A DNA stretch of 24,000 nucleotides from Brumicola blandensis (GTDB lineage: Bacteria > Pseudomonadota > Gammaproteobacteria > Enterobacterales > Alteromonadaceae). The stretch spans positions 168,412-192,411 of the forward strand of contig NZ_JAVRIE010000006.1 in the NCBI RefSeq assembly GCF_031846165.1, given 5' to 3'. A program made the translations under genes and the position numbers. Under the pieces are notes generated by a model that worked only from the letters and a program-made list of their open reading frames with translations, made no database searches and was not told the origin of the DNA. This document shows positions 1 through 9,359 of this stretch, piece after piece; the first letter of the stretch is position 1; every line of letters starts with the position of its first letter.

Positions 1-257
1 CGCTGTTGCAATTCATCCAAATCTTGGAGGTGTTGCTTATTTGCCATGATCATTTTGTAACCCATCACCAGGTTGGTGATCACGGTACAAACAGTAACGA
101 CGGTATGAAAGTCCCATAAAAACTTTGGACCGAAGGCAACTAGCGCCAAACTCACTAACCAAAGACCTGTCCACAGGGCGAGTTGCTTAGTATTGCGACG
201 TGTCTTCGACTTCATGCTTTCACCAGGAGTATTTTTGTTCATTTCTTGTGTAGTCAT
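1..257 (-). CDS. hypothetical small membrane protein, N-terminal part only (gene runs off the left edge)
   Basis: Absent from the ORF track because the window edge truncates it. A reverse-strand ATG at 257..255 opens a frame that stays open to base 1: MTTQEMNKNTPGESMKSKTRRNTKQLALWTGLWLVSLALVAFGPKFLWDFHTVVTVCTVITNLVMGYKMIMANKQHLQDLDELQQR. It has a basic N-terminus followed by two hydrophobic helices. No family recognised. Confidence 0.4.
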   Translation of the reverse strand, partial: MTTQEMNKNTPGESMKSKTRRNTKQLALWTGLWLVSLALVAFGPKFLWDFHTVVTVCTVITNLVMGYKMIMANKQHLQDLDELQQ

Positions 258-358
258 ATTTTGCTCACTTTATACATTGTTAATGGATATGCTGTCAGAC
301 ACTTGTTCTGCTTAAACAAAACAGATAGTGCAAAGTGCAGACAGCATTCAAACAAAAA

Positions 359-422
359 GTAAAGCGTCCTTTACTTAATGACAAGATAGCTTTGCTTTTA
401 CTTAAAGTCAAGCATGCTTTAC
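359..422. promoter_or_regulatory. pair of 16-bp dyads (GTAAAGCGTCCTTTAC at 359-374; GTCAAGCATGCTTTAC at 407-422) plus a third GCTTTTAC half-site; candidate operator array
   Basis: Read directly from the sequence. The first dyad has perfect 6-bp arms (GTAAAG / CTTTAC) around a 4-bp centre. The second shares the same outer arms with one mismatch. The left ends are 48 bp apart, and a related half-site lies at 395-402. The array lies 100-165 bp upstream of the minus-strand ATG at 257. The binding protein is unknown. Confidence 0.25.
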
Positions 423-501
423 ATTTTGTTTCGAAAAGCAAACAATGTGAGAAAGGGGGATAAGTAAAAAATCGATTGATACCAAAGTGAACTGTAGAAA
501 G

Positions 502-1368
502 CTACGTGTTTATAAAGAGCGATAAGAGTGCTTTTAAAACAGATTCATTTGCTCGCTCTCTAAGATAGCAAAGACCTAGTGAGTAAGGCTCAATGCTTGG
601 CACCTCAATACTGCTTACTTTGCTTTTTGCTACTGAGTTATCGAGTACGATCTTTGGAACAAAGCCAACACCTAGGCCCAGCGCAACCATACTAACAATG
701 GCTTCGTTACCCGAAACGCTGGCGTAAACCCGAGGCTTTACACCCAACTCTGTAAACCAATGGTGAATTATCCTTTTCGATGGCCCAGTGCCTGGCATAA
801 CCACTTTATGATCACGCCAAACAATGTCACTGATTTTTGTGGCATTCACGGCCTTAGGTACAATTAAGACTAAAGGAACGCTATCTATTTTTTGGAAGCC
901 AACGTGTTGAGGAAAATCTGGTGTGTGAATGGCAATCGCCATATCCGCCTTATGTTGTTGCACGTAATCAAGGGCCAATGCATGATCACCCGTATCTAAT
1001 TTAAGCTCAATTTGTGGATAGCGTGCGTCAAGTTTATCCAATAAGTCAGGTAAGTGACTTTGGCTGGCGGTTACCGAACAATAGAATGCCAATGAGCCAC
1101 TCAGCTGTGTTTGTTGATAACCTATATCTGTTCGTACTTGTAACCAAGCTTCATGAGTTTGTTCAGCAAACGCCAAAAAGCGCTCTCCTGCAGCAGTGAG
1201 TTTAACACTACGATTATTCCGCACAAACAGCGTCGCTCCGCACTCTTCCTCTAAACGAGAAATAGCCCGCGATAAAGTGGGTGGTGATACAAACATAGCT
1301 TCTGCCGTCTTTCCAAAGTGCAAACTCTTGGCCAGGTGCCGGTACATTTGTAAGGCCTTTAACTCCAT
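502..1368 (-). CDS. ilvY: LysR-family transcriptional activator IlvY
   Basis: 288 aa. The N-terminal wHTH (FGKTAEAMFVSPPTLSRAISRLEEECGATLFVRNNRSVKLTAAGE) and the rest align along the full length with E. coli IlvY as I recall it. The gene is divergent from ilvC, which is the classical arrangement. Confidence 0.9.
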   Translation of the reverse strand: MELKALQMYRHLAKSLHFGKTAEAMFVSPPTLSRAISRLEEECGATLFVRNNRSVKLTAAGERFLAFAEQTHEAWLQVRTDIGYQQTQLSGSLAFYCSVTASQSHLPDLLDKLDARYPQIELKLDTGDHALALDYVQQHKADMAIAIHTPDFPQHVGFQKIDSVPLVLIVPKAVNATKISDIVWRDHKVVMPGTGPSKRIIHHWFTELGVKPRVYASVSGNEAIVSMVALGLGVGFVPKIVLDNSVAKSKVSSIEVPSIEPYSLGLCYLRERANESVLKALLSLFINT

Positions 1369-1422
1369 TTCATACTTACCTTATTATAACCATTAGCGCT
1401 GAAAAACTTGCATCGTTTCATT

Positions 1423-1474
1423 ATTTGAAACATTACATTTCAAATATATCACTTTATAAAACAACTTTCATAAA
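1423..1474. promoter_or_regulatory. candidate tandem IlvY operators in the ilvY-ilvC divergent promoter region
   Basis: Perfect dyad ATTTGAAA-N7-TTTCAAAT at 1423-1445. A second, imperfect dyad TTTATAAAA-CAAC-TTTCATAAA at 1453-1474 matches 8 of 9 arm positions. LysR proteins bind T-N11-A-type dyads, and E. coli IlvY uses two adjacent operators. The background is AT-rich, so chance palindromes are possible. Confidence 0.35.
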
Positions 1475-1588
1475 ATAAGATTCAAGCATGTCGTCACGGA
1501 CACAAAAATAAGACGCGGAACAGTGCATTCATTTTCTTGTTCGCGTTAGATGCTTAAAAAGCAGATTCAGAATTATATAGAGTATTAA

Positions 1589-3073
1589 ATGACTAATTAT
1601 TTCAACACATTACCATTGCGCAAACAGCTCGACCAACTAGGTCGCTGCCGTTTCATGCACAGAGATGAGTTCGCAGAAGGCTGCGATTACTTGAAAGGTA
1701 AATCGATCGTGATAGTAGGTTGCGGCGCACAAGGTTTAAACCAAGGTTTGAACATGAGAGATTCTGGCTTGAACGTCAGTTATGCGCTTCGCCAAGCAGC
1801 TATAGATGAAAAGCGTGAGTCATATCAACGGGCTTCATCTAACGGCTTTACAGTCGGAACTTACCAAGATCTTATCCCAGAAGCCGATTTAGTTTACAAC
1901 CTTACACCTGACAAGCAGCATTCAAGCGTTGTTGAAGCGGTTATGCCTTTAATGAAAAAAGGCGCAACCTTAGGTTATTCACATGGTTTCAATATCGTTG
2001 AAGAAGGCCAACAAATTCGCGAAGACATCACTGTTGTGATGTGTGCACCAAAGTGCCCAGGTACGGAAGTGAGAGAAGAATACAAGCGCGGGTTCGGCGT
2101 GCCAACCTTGATTGCTGTTCACCCAGAGAACGATCCCGAAAGCAAAGGTTGGGCGATTGCTAAAGCACTTGCATCAGCAACTGGCGGCGACCGTGCAGGC
2201 GTGCTCGAAAGCTCATTCGTTGCTGAAGTGAAGTCTGATCTTATGGGCGAGCAAACCATTTTATGTGGTATGCAACAAGCAGGAGCAATCCTAGCCTACG
2301 ATAAGATGATTGCCGACGGCGTTGACGCGGCTTATGCCGGTGCCTTGGTTCAGTATGGCCTTGAAGCAATTACCGAAGCATTAAAGATTGGTGGTGTAAG
2401 CAACATGATGGACAGGTTGTCAAACCCTGCAAAAATCATTGCGCATGACCTCTCTGAAGAAATGAAAACCATTCTTCGTCCTTTGTTTGAAAAACATCAA
2501 GACGACATCATTGGTGGCGAGTTTAGCAAGACGATGATGGAAGATTGGTCAAATGACGATGCGAACTTACTTAAGTGGCGCGAAGAAACTGGGCAAAGTG
2601 CATTTGAAAATGCGCCTGAGTTCAGTGGCAAAATCTCAGACCAAGAATTTTTCGATAAAGGCATTTTGTTGGTCGCAATGATAAAAGCAGGTGTTGAGTT
2701 AGCGTTTGATGTCATGGTTGAAGCCGGCATCCTACCAGAATCAGCGTACTACGAATCGTTGCATGAAACACCTTTGATTTCTAACACCATTGCAAGAAAG
2801 CGTTTGTATGAAATGAACGTCGTGATTTCTGACACTGCAGAATATGGTAACTATCTGTTTGCGAACGCAGCAGTACCATTATTGTTAGAGAAAGTGATGC
2901 CAAAGATTACTGCTGAACACATTGGTGGCGGTTTAGCAAATCAGTCCATGGGCGTGGACAATATGAAACTAGTTGAAGTGAACAAAGCAATTCGTTCTCA
3001 TGGCGTGGAAAGTATAGGCGAAGAACTTCGCGGATACATGACCGATATGAAAGCTATTGTGGAAAGTGCATAG
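1589..3073 (+). CDS. ilvC: ketol-acid reductoisomerase (class II, long form)
   Basis: 494 aa, near-collinear with E. coli IlvC. Shared blocks include [83 protein letters not shown] and [23 protein letters not shown]. Confidence 0.97.
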   Translation: MTNYFNTLPLRKQLDQLGRCRFMHRDEFAEGCDYLKGKSIVIVGCGAQGLNQGLNMRDSGLNVSYALRQAAIDEKRESYQRASSNGFTVGTYQDLIPEADLVYNLTPDKQHSSVVEAVMPLMKKGATLGYSHGFNIVEEGQQIREDITVVMCAPKCPGTEVREEYKRGFGVPTLIAVHPENDPESKGWAIAKALASATGGDRAGVLESSFVAEVKSDLMGEQTILCGMQQAGAILAYDKMIADGVDAAYAGALVQYGLEAITEALKIGGVSNMMDRLSNPAKIIAHDLSEEMKTILRPLFEKHQDDIIGGEFSKTMMEDWSNDDANLLKWREETGQSAFENAPEFSGKISDQEFFDKGILLVAMIKAGVELAFDVMVEAGILPESAYYESLHETPLISNTIARKRLYEMNVVISDTAEYGNYLFANAAVPLLLEKVMPKITAEHIGGGLANQSMGVDNMKLVEVNKAIRSHGVESIGEELRGYMTDMKAIVESA

Positions 3074-3186
3074 ATTCGACCATCCATCACATTTTTTAAT
3101 CCCTAGTGTGATGGCTGGTTAATCGATGTAAAGCTTAAGTAGTTTCACACCTTTTCTGTCGTTAGGTGCTTTAATTAGCTCCTTTT

Positions 3187-3217
3187 GCCCGGCCTTTTTG
3201 GTCGGGCTTTTTATTTT
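3187..3217 (+). terminator. rho-independent terminator downstream of ilvC
   Basis: GCCCGGCC (3187-3194), TTTTT loop, GGTCGGGC (3200-3207; 8 bp including one G-U pair), followed by TTTTTATTTT. The U-tract exists only on the plus strand, so the terminator serves ilvC rather than the convergent mrpG. Confidence 0.75.
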
Positions 3218-3228
3218 CTAGAGCGTAA

Positions 3229-3621
3229 TTATTTTATGTCGTCGTTTGTTGTTTCCGACTCTTCAGCAGGCGGTAGCTGCATACGGGCACGCTCGACCAA
3301 GTGTTGATTGCGCGTGCGCTCCATCATTTTTACACGATGGTGCATGGCCGCCTTTGCTAAAATATGAGCAGTCACTGGCGCAGTAATTACTAAAAATAAA
3401 GTAATGAGTAACTCATTAACGCTTATATAACCATTCTGGGTGTACATGTAAACCATTGAACCAATAAGGATACCGCCTAAACCGAGAGTCGTCGCTTTAG
3501 TCGGTGCATGCAAGCGCACGTAAAGGTCTTGTAGTCGCAACAAGCCAATAGAGCCGATAAGCACAAAAAGGCCACCTAAGACTAGGAGTATCGAGATGGT
3601 AAGTTCCGCTATAAAACTCAT
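3229..3621 (-). CDS. mrpG: Mrp/Mnh-type monovalent cation/H+ antiporter subunit G
   Basis: 130 aa with three hydrophobic helices and an acidic tail. It is the last gene of the six-gene Mrp cluster. An AGGAG RBS precedes the ATG. Confidence 0.8.
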   Translation of the reverse strand: MSFIAELTISILLVLGGLFVLIGSIGLLRLQDLYVRLHAPTKATTLGLGGILIGSMVYMYTQNGYISVNELLITLFLVITAPVTAHILAKAAMHHRVKMMERTRNQHLVERARMQLPPAEESETTNDDIK

Positions 3622-3630
3622 GGGTGTCTC

Positions 3631-3900
3631 CTATTCAATGATATCGCCGCGCAACAAATACTTAGCAAACGCTACACTGCTCACAAAGCCAAGCATGGCT
3701 ATCAGTAACGCAGCTTCGAAATACAAGGGTGTCTCATTAAAAATACCGTACAACAAGATAAGAGCAATACTGTTGATGTACATAGTATCAAGCGCAAGTA
3801 TGCGATCAATAACGTGAGGCCCTATCACCAAACGCCACAAATTCAGCACCAAGGCAATACATAACATAACTGCCACAATTACAACGGCAATATCTAGCAT
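3631..3900 (-). CDS. mrpF: Mrp/Mnh-type antiporter subunit F
   Basis: 89 aa, three TM helices. Size and position are typical for MrpF. Its start overlaps the mrpE stop (ATGCTAG). Confidence 0.8.
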   Translation of the reverse strand: MLDIAVVIVAVMLCIALVLNLWRLVIGPHVIDRILALDTMYINSIALILLYGIFNETPLYFEAALLIAMLGFVSSVAFAKYLLRGDIIE

Positions 3901-4388
3901 CCGAAAATCTCCTTTACGCGCGCCTCATAACGGTTCTTCACCAAGTCAATGACATCTTGTTCGTTGTCAGGCATATCTAATACATGAACATAGAGCCACT
4001 TTTTATCGCTAGAAAGTTCGCCGCTAACTGTACCTGGGGTCATGGTTACCGTGCTAGCAAGAACGGTAATGGGTAACACATCAGTTAAATCTAAGGGAAT
4101 TGCTACAAATCCTGGTTTGATTTTCCTTTGCGGGCCAACAACTAATAAAGCTACCTGCACGTTAGCAACAACAATGTCTGTTAATACCACTAGAACATAT
4201 AACATCGCCTTAAAAGGTCGCTTAATCTTAGGCTGTGGCACTCGCAACGGCGCACAAATAAGCGGGATGACAATGGCAAGAACACTGCCTAAGAGAATAT
4301 GACCTAAACTTAGCGTGGTGTTTAACATTAACCAGACTATTAGCAACATTAGACTGTGAGATGGCATGGGGAATAAACGAGCTAACAT
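3894..4388 (-). CDS. mrpE: Mrp/Mnh-type antiporter subunit E
   Basis: 164 aa with two N-terminal TM helices and a soluble C-terminal domain. Its position between D and F matches the MrpE pattern. Confidence 0.8.
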   Translation of the reverse strand: MLARLFPMPSHSLMLLIVWLMLNTTLSLGHILLGSVLAIVIPLICAPLRVPQPKIKRPFKAMLYVLVVLTDIVVANVQVALLVVGPQRKIKPGFVAIPLDLTDVLPITVLASTVTMTPGTVSGELSSDKKWLYVHVLDMPDNEQDVIDLVKNRYEARVKEIFGC

Positions 4389-4390
4389 AA

Positions 4391-5917
4391 TTATTTGCCC
4401 CCTGTGTCGAGTTTCATGATGTTGATGATGTAATCAATATCATGCAGCTGGATAGCCGCGCTATTGGTGTATTCAATCACACTAGCACCAAAAATACTCA
4501 GCATTGGCGATGCACCCAGAAGTAATAAGGCGCCACTTAATTGCCATTTTGACACGCCAGCACCATCATCGTTGTCGTTACTTGGCGTAGACCGCCAAAA
4601 TAATGTAGTACCTGCCCGAGAGAGCGCAATAATCGTCATAAGGCTCGATAGTAAAATAACGCTCCATACCCACACTCTCTCGTCAGCTAAGGTAACGGAT
4701 TGTAATATCACAAGCTTGCCTAGGAACCCAGAAAACGGAGGTAAGCCCGCGACAGCCATAGCGGCGACGATGAAGATAATGCCTAAGAGGGCCTGTTGCT
4801 TTATTTTTCTTGAAATCACAAAGTAATCTAAGGCTTTGCCTCTTTGTTTACTCAACATGTCAGCAATTAAAAATAGGGCGGCGGTAACAAGTGTACTGTG
4901 TACCAAATATAAAAGCCCAGCAGCAGTTGCCTCAGGCGTGCCCAGGGCAAAGGAAATCAGCAATGTGCCGACCGATACAATCACCAGGTTACCGATTAAC
5001 ATGCGCAAATTAGCACTCGCTAGCGCACCAATTGTGCCCGCAATAATCGAAAGAATCGCTAATGGCCAAATCCAATCATGAAAAACATTGGCTAACTGGC
5101 CCGCTTGATCTCCATAAATCACGGTATAGACACGGAAAATACAATACACACCAACTTTGGTCATTATTGCAAACAAGGCAGCGATGGGTGCACTCGCAAC
5201 GGAATAAGTTTGAGGCAGCCAGAAATGCATCGGTAACATAGCGGACTTCAAACCAAAAACGATCAACATGAGCGCGCCACCCGCTTGTGCGATGAGCGCC
5301 TCGCTTTGATTTAGTTCGCTTATGCGCATCGCCATATCGGCAATATTCAAGGTACCGGTAACACCATAAAGTGTACCAAGCGCAAACAAGAAAATACTCG
5401 AGCCGATGAGGTTTAAAATCACATAATGTACATTTGCAGCCGTTTTTTGCTTGCCTCCGCCATGAATCAGTAAGGTATAGGAGGCTATCAATAAGACTTC
5501 AAAGAATACAAATAGATTGAACAGGTCATTTGTTAAAAACGCGCCATAAATGCCTAATAGCTGGAATTGGACCAGAGGGTGAAAGTACTTCCCTTCTCGG
5601 TCACTACCTGCAAACGAGTATAAGGTAACCCCTAGACCCAATACGCTACCTAAGGCTATCAGCATCACCGAAAGCTTATCAGCATACAAAATAATACCAA
5701 AAGGTGGCTGCCAGTCACCCACTGCATACATGATCGCGCCATTCTTGACCACGCTAAGCATGAGCACTATCGCACAAGCCAGTTGTGCCAACACCAATAT
5801 TAAGGCTGCGGCACGTCTGAGCTGATACCTTTTGACACCAGCAAAAGGTGGCAACAACATCAGTAAGCCACCAATCATAGGAATTAAAATAGGCAGGATT
5901 GCCAAATGTAGAGTCAT
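4391..5917 (-). CDS. mrpD: Mrp/Mnh-type antiporter subunit D (NuoM/NuoN-like proton-conducting subunit)
   Basis: 508 aa polytopic protein with complex-I antiporter-like blocks (FNLFVFFEVLLIASY, KSAMLPMHFWLP, APIAALFAIMTKVG). ATGA overlap with the mrpC stop. Confidence 0.9.
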   Translation of the reverse strand: MTLHLAILPILIPMIGGLLMLLPPFAGVKRYQLRRAAALILVLAQLACAIVLMLSVVKNGAIMYAVGDWQPPFGIILYADKLSVMLIALGSVLGLGVTLYSFAGSDREGKYFHPLVQFQLLGIYGAFLTNDLFNLFVFFEVLLIASYTLLIHGGGKQKTAANVHYVILNLIGSSIFLFALGTLYGVTGTLNIADMAMRISELNQSEALIAQAGGALMLIVFGLKSAMLPMHFWLPQTYSVASAPIAALFAIMTKVGVYCIFRVYTVIYGDQAGQLANVFHDWIWPLAILSIIAGTIGALASANLRMLIGNLVIVSVGTLLISFALGTPEATAAGLLYLVHSTLVTAALFLIADMLSKQRGKALDYFVISRKIKQQALLGIIFIVAAMAVAGLPPFSGFLGKLVILQSVTLADERVWVWSVILLSSLMTIIALSRAGTTLFWRSTPSNDNDDGAGVSKWQLSGALLLLGASPMLSIFGASVIEYTNSAAIQLHDIDYIINIMKLDTGGK

Positions 5918-6279
5918 GCCTTTTCCTCTTCCTTTTTCACCAGTTTGTCGGTGTCAGGAGGGTTAGTACCATCCACAAAGTCGTTACCTAAGTCAGCGCG
6001 AGCTCTTATTGCCAGAATCACCACAAAAGCAATCATGGCGAAACCGATCACGATCGCTGTGAGAGTAAGTGCTTGGGGTAAGGGATCTGCATATTCATCA
6101 GCCATCCCCAGAATGGCAGCACCATCTAAGCTTAAGCGTCCGCTTGAAAACAAAAATAAGTTAACCGCATAAGAGAGCATAGTTAGGCCCACAACGACTG
6201 AAAATGTGCGACCACGAAGGCATAAAAACACCCCACAAAATGTCAGCACACCCACACAAATGACGTATACAGTTTCCAT
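5914..6279 (-). CDS. mrpC: Mrp/Mnh-type antiporter subunit C (NuoK-like)
   Basis: 121 aa, three TM helices, NuoK-like (YAVNLFLF, LTAIVIGFA). Its start codon overlaps the mrpA stop by 1 nt (TAATG). Confidence 0.9.
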   Translation of the reverse strand: METVYVICVGVLTFCGVFLCLRGRTFSVVVGLTMLSYAVNLFLFSSGRLSLDGAAILGMADEYADPLPQALTLTAIVIGFAMIAFVVILAIRARADLGNDFVDGTNPPDTDKLVKKEEEKA

Positions 6280-9068
6280 TATTCCTCCGCAGTTGGGCGA
6301 TGAACCGAGGTGAGCTTACCTAGGTTGGCTAAAATCAGTAGGGTGGCACCTACTACGGTTAAGTAAACACCCAAATCAAATATGAGGGCGCTAGCAAGCT
6401 CAATTTCACCAATGAATGGGATATCAAAGTAATCAAACCAAGTCGTCATAAATGGTCTATCAAAGAACCAAGACCCTACACCGGTGAGCGCAGCGATTAA
6501 TACACCCAAAGATATTAGGGTTTGATAATCGACTTTAATGCGTGGTTTCACCCATTCCACCCCATGGGCAATATATTGTTGGATGATGGCGACAGAGGTG
6601 ATTAGCCCTGCGATGAAACCACCACCTGGCATGTTGTGCCCGCGCAAAAAGATATAAAACGATACAAGTAGAGCAAGTGGTAACAAGCTCTGCGAAATCA
6701 TGGTGAGGATTGGAGGATGGCGATCTTCAGACCAAGCTAAACCATTCTCATTAGCCGATGGCATCGATAAGCGCACACGAGCTAATAATTTAAATATACC
6801 TAAGGCCGCGATACCTAGCACCAAAATCTCGCCAAGAGTATCAAGTCCTCTAAAATCAACCAAAATCACGTTCACGGCGTTGGTGCCGCCACCGCCTGTT
6901 TTGCTATTCGCTAAGAAAAATTCAGAAATCGTATCCAGTGGCTGTGTAATAAAGGCGTAGTTAATTGTCGCCACTAAGCCTGCAACCGACGCAGCTATTG
7001 CGAGATCTCTAACAACGCGAGACGGGGATGATTCTGTCGCCGTCTTCTGTGGTAAAAAGTAGAGTGCGAGCATAAGCAAAATAACCGTAACCACTTCAAC
7101 AGATAGTTGGGTAAGCGCTAAGTCTGGTGCGGAAAAACGTGCAAATGCGATAGACGTGATTAGGCCCACGACTGATATGGTGACCAATGCGAGCATCCGC
7201 TTGCGATGATATATAACGGTCGCAATTGCGCTTAAGCATAAAATAATAGCCGCGGTAATTTCGACGCCACTAATGTCTTGATCAGGTAGATGCTGATTGA
7301 CTGTGTTTAAGTTAATTAGAGGTACAGCGGTAATCGCAATAGTAAAAAATAACATTGTCGCCACATAACGTTGTAGCGAACCGTTGCTGAAGTACTCATG
7401 AATTTTGGTTGCTTTGTTGACCATTCGCTGCACGTAAGCTTCAAAAATCAACTTTTCGTCAGGCTCTTTAAATTTGGCTTGGAATCTATATAGATGGCGT
7501 CGATAAGCGTATATCAACAAGCCACCAACAATCGCAATTGCACTCATAAGTAAGGGAATATTAAACCCATGCCAAATAGCTAAACTGTAATAAGGCAAAT
7601 CACCAATGACGACTGAAGACGCTGCCGATGCAAGTAAATCGCCGACTATGTACTCTGGGAATATTCCCACCAATAGACAAAGTACAACCAAGACTTCAAT
7701 TGGGATCTTCATATACCGAGGCGGCTCATGGGGTGTTTTCGGCAAGTCTTTAGGTTCACCGTTGAAGAAGACATCGTGAATAAATCGCATAGAGTAAGCG
7801 ACAGCGAATACGCCTGCCAAGGTAGCGAGTACCGGAATAACCCAAGACAAGAAGCCGAGCGCTGAAGAATGCAAGGTTTCCGCTAAGAACATTTCTTTAG
7901 ATAAAAAGCCATTAAATAAGGGCACGCCAGCCATCGATGCAGCTGCCACCATCGCCAGTGTCGCGGTATATGGCATAAACTGCCACAAACCATTCAACTT
8001 ACGCATATCGCGCGTCCCCGACTCATGGTCGATAATACCCGCGGCCATAAATAACGACGCTTTAAACACTGCATGATTCATAATATGGAACAAGGCAGCA
8101 ACAGCAGCGAGTTTTGTATCCAGGCCGAGTAGCAAAGTAATCAATCCCAAATGACTGATCGTCGAGTACGCCAGTAGACCTTTCAAGTCATGCTTAAACA
8201 GCGCGATATAAGCGCCAATTAACAAGGTGATTAGGCCTGTCATACTGACAATCAAGAACCACATCTCAGTGCCTGACAATACTGGATACATCCGAGCTAA
8301 TAAGAAAATGCCTGCTTTTACCATTGTCGCTGAGTGCAGGTAAGCACTGACCGGTGTTGGTGCTGCCATCGCATGGGGCAACCAAAAATGGAAAGGAAAT
8401 TGGGCTGACTTAGTAAATGCACCCAATAAAATAAGGATAAGCGCAACAGGATATAAGGCGTGCTCTCTAATTAAATCGCCACTGGCTAAAATGACGCTAA
8501 GTTCATAACTACCGACCATATCCGACACAAGTAACAAGCCTGCGAGTAAAGCTAAACCACCAGCGCCCGTTACCGTGAGGGCCATCCGAGCACCTTTACG
8601 TGACTCTGATTTTGTTGACCAAAAGCTGATAAGTAAGAACGAGCTGATGCTAGTTACTTCCCATGCCATCCAAAGCTGCAAAACATTGTTGGACAATACA
8701 ATCGACAGCATGGCCGTCATAAATAATATCAAGTAGGCGAAAAATCGGCCAACGGCTTCTTTTTCTGACAGATAATAGCGGGCATATAAAATTATCAGTA
8801 GGCCAATACCCAGTATGAGTAAGGCAAACATAAGCGCTAGGCCATCAAGCCGCATTGATAGCGTTAGGCCGACAGAAGGAATCCATGCTAAATGTTCAGT
8901 GACGGTGTTGCCTGCCAATACACTGGGCAGCAGGCTTAGAATATAAATAAGACCAATGGCTGGAGCGACCATTGTACATAAAGTGTTGATCCTACGACCG
9001 AAGCGCTCTGTGACTACCGGCACTAATACACCAACCAGCAATATTGCTGTTATCCAAAATAAGCTCAT
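6279..9068 (-). CDS. mrpA: Mrp/Mnh-type antiporter subunit A with fused MrpB domain (group-2 Mrp, NuoL-like)
   Basis: The ORF-track frame is 6279..9086, but the codon at 9086 is TTG with no SD sequence. The first ATG, at 9068, gives [11 protein letters not shown], a typical MrpA N-terminus, with GGAG 12 nt upstream. NuoL/ND5-like blocks are present ([50 protein letters not shown]). The length of about 930 aa and the absence of a separate mrpB indicate an A-B fusion. Confidence 0.9.
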   Translation of the reverse strand: MSLFWITAILLVGVLVPVVTERFGRRINTLCTMVAPAIGLIYILSLLPSVLAGNTVTEHLAWIPSVGLTLSMRLDGLALMFALLILGIGLLIILYARYYLSEKEAVGRFFAYLILFMTAMLSIVLSNNVLQLWMAWEVTSISSFLLISFWSTKSESRKGARMALTVTGAGGLALLAGLLLVSDMVGSYELSVILASGDLIREHALYPVALILILLGAFTKSAQFPFHFWLPHAMAAPTPVSAYLHSATMVKAGIFLLARMYPVLSGTEMWFLIVSMTGLITLLIGAYIALFKHDLKGLLAYSTISHLGLITLLLGLDTKLAAVAALFHIMNHAVFKASLFMAAGIIDHESGTRDMRKLNGLWQFMPYTATLAMVAAASMAGVPLFNGFLSKEMFLAETLHSSALGFLSWVIPVLATLAGVFAVAYSMRFIHDVFFNGEPKDLPKTPHEPPRYMKIPIEVLVVLCLLVGIFPEYIVGDLLASAASSVVIGDLPYYSLAIWHGFNIPLLMSAIAIVGGLLIYAYRRHLYRFQAKFKEPDEKLIFEAYVQRMVNKATKIHEYFSNGSLQRYVATMLFFTIAITAVPLINLNTVNQHLPDQDISGVEITAAIILCLSAIATVIYHRKRMLALVTISVVGLITSIAFARFSAPDLALTQLSVEVVTVILLMLALYFLPQKTATESSPSRVVRDLAIAASVAGLVATINYAFITQPLDTISEFFLANSKTGGGGTNAVNVILVDFRGLDTLGEILVLGIAALGIFKLLARVRLSMPSANENGLAWSEDRHPPILTMISQSLLPLALLVSFYIFLRGHNMPGGGFIAGLITSVAIIQQYIAHGVEWVKPRIKVDYQTLISLGVLIAALTGVGSWFFDRPFMTTWFDYFDIPFIGEIELASALIFDLGVYLTVVGATLLILANLGKLTSVHRPTAEE

Positions 9069-9359
9069 CGTTGTTTGTTGCTCCAATTTTTATTTTTCGC
9101 TTATTAAGCTTTATTTAGTGAACATACTTTACTGTGAATGTATCTTTAAGGTCGAGTATTTCTTACGATTTTTCACCCTTTTGGGATCTCAATAATGCTA
9201 AGTGTAGATGCCTGAGCCCGTAATGCCAATATGTTTCACTTTGTTAAGCTATATTGGTGGCATAGTCAGTCTTTCTATTGGCTGGCGAGATAAATGTGCG
9301 TTTGCTGGTGTATTGTTGTTCTCTTTGTGATCGAGTTTTATTTTCTACACTTCGCTTTT

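Noticed and set aside
1014-1396. Plus-strand ORFs 1014-1199 and 1196-1396, and the minus-strand ORF 2497-2730 inside ilvC
   Set aside because: They are antisense shadows of ilvY and ilvC respectively and show no coding signal of their own.
3596-9195. Plus-strand ORFs of 61-120 aa inside the mrp operon (3596-3817, 4042-4302, 4464-4826, 4836-5081, 5945-6172, 6700-6960, 8956-9195)
   Set aside because: All lie antisense to strongly supported membrane-protein genes. Their compositions are Ser/Thr/Arg/Pro-rich and low in complexity, as expected for shadow frames. None has an RBS or a recognisable motif.
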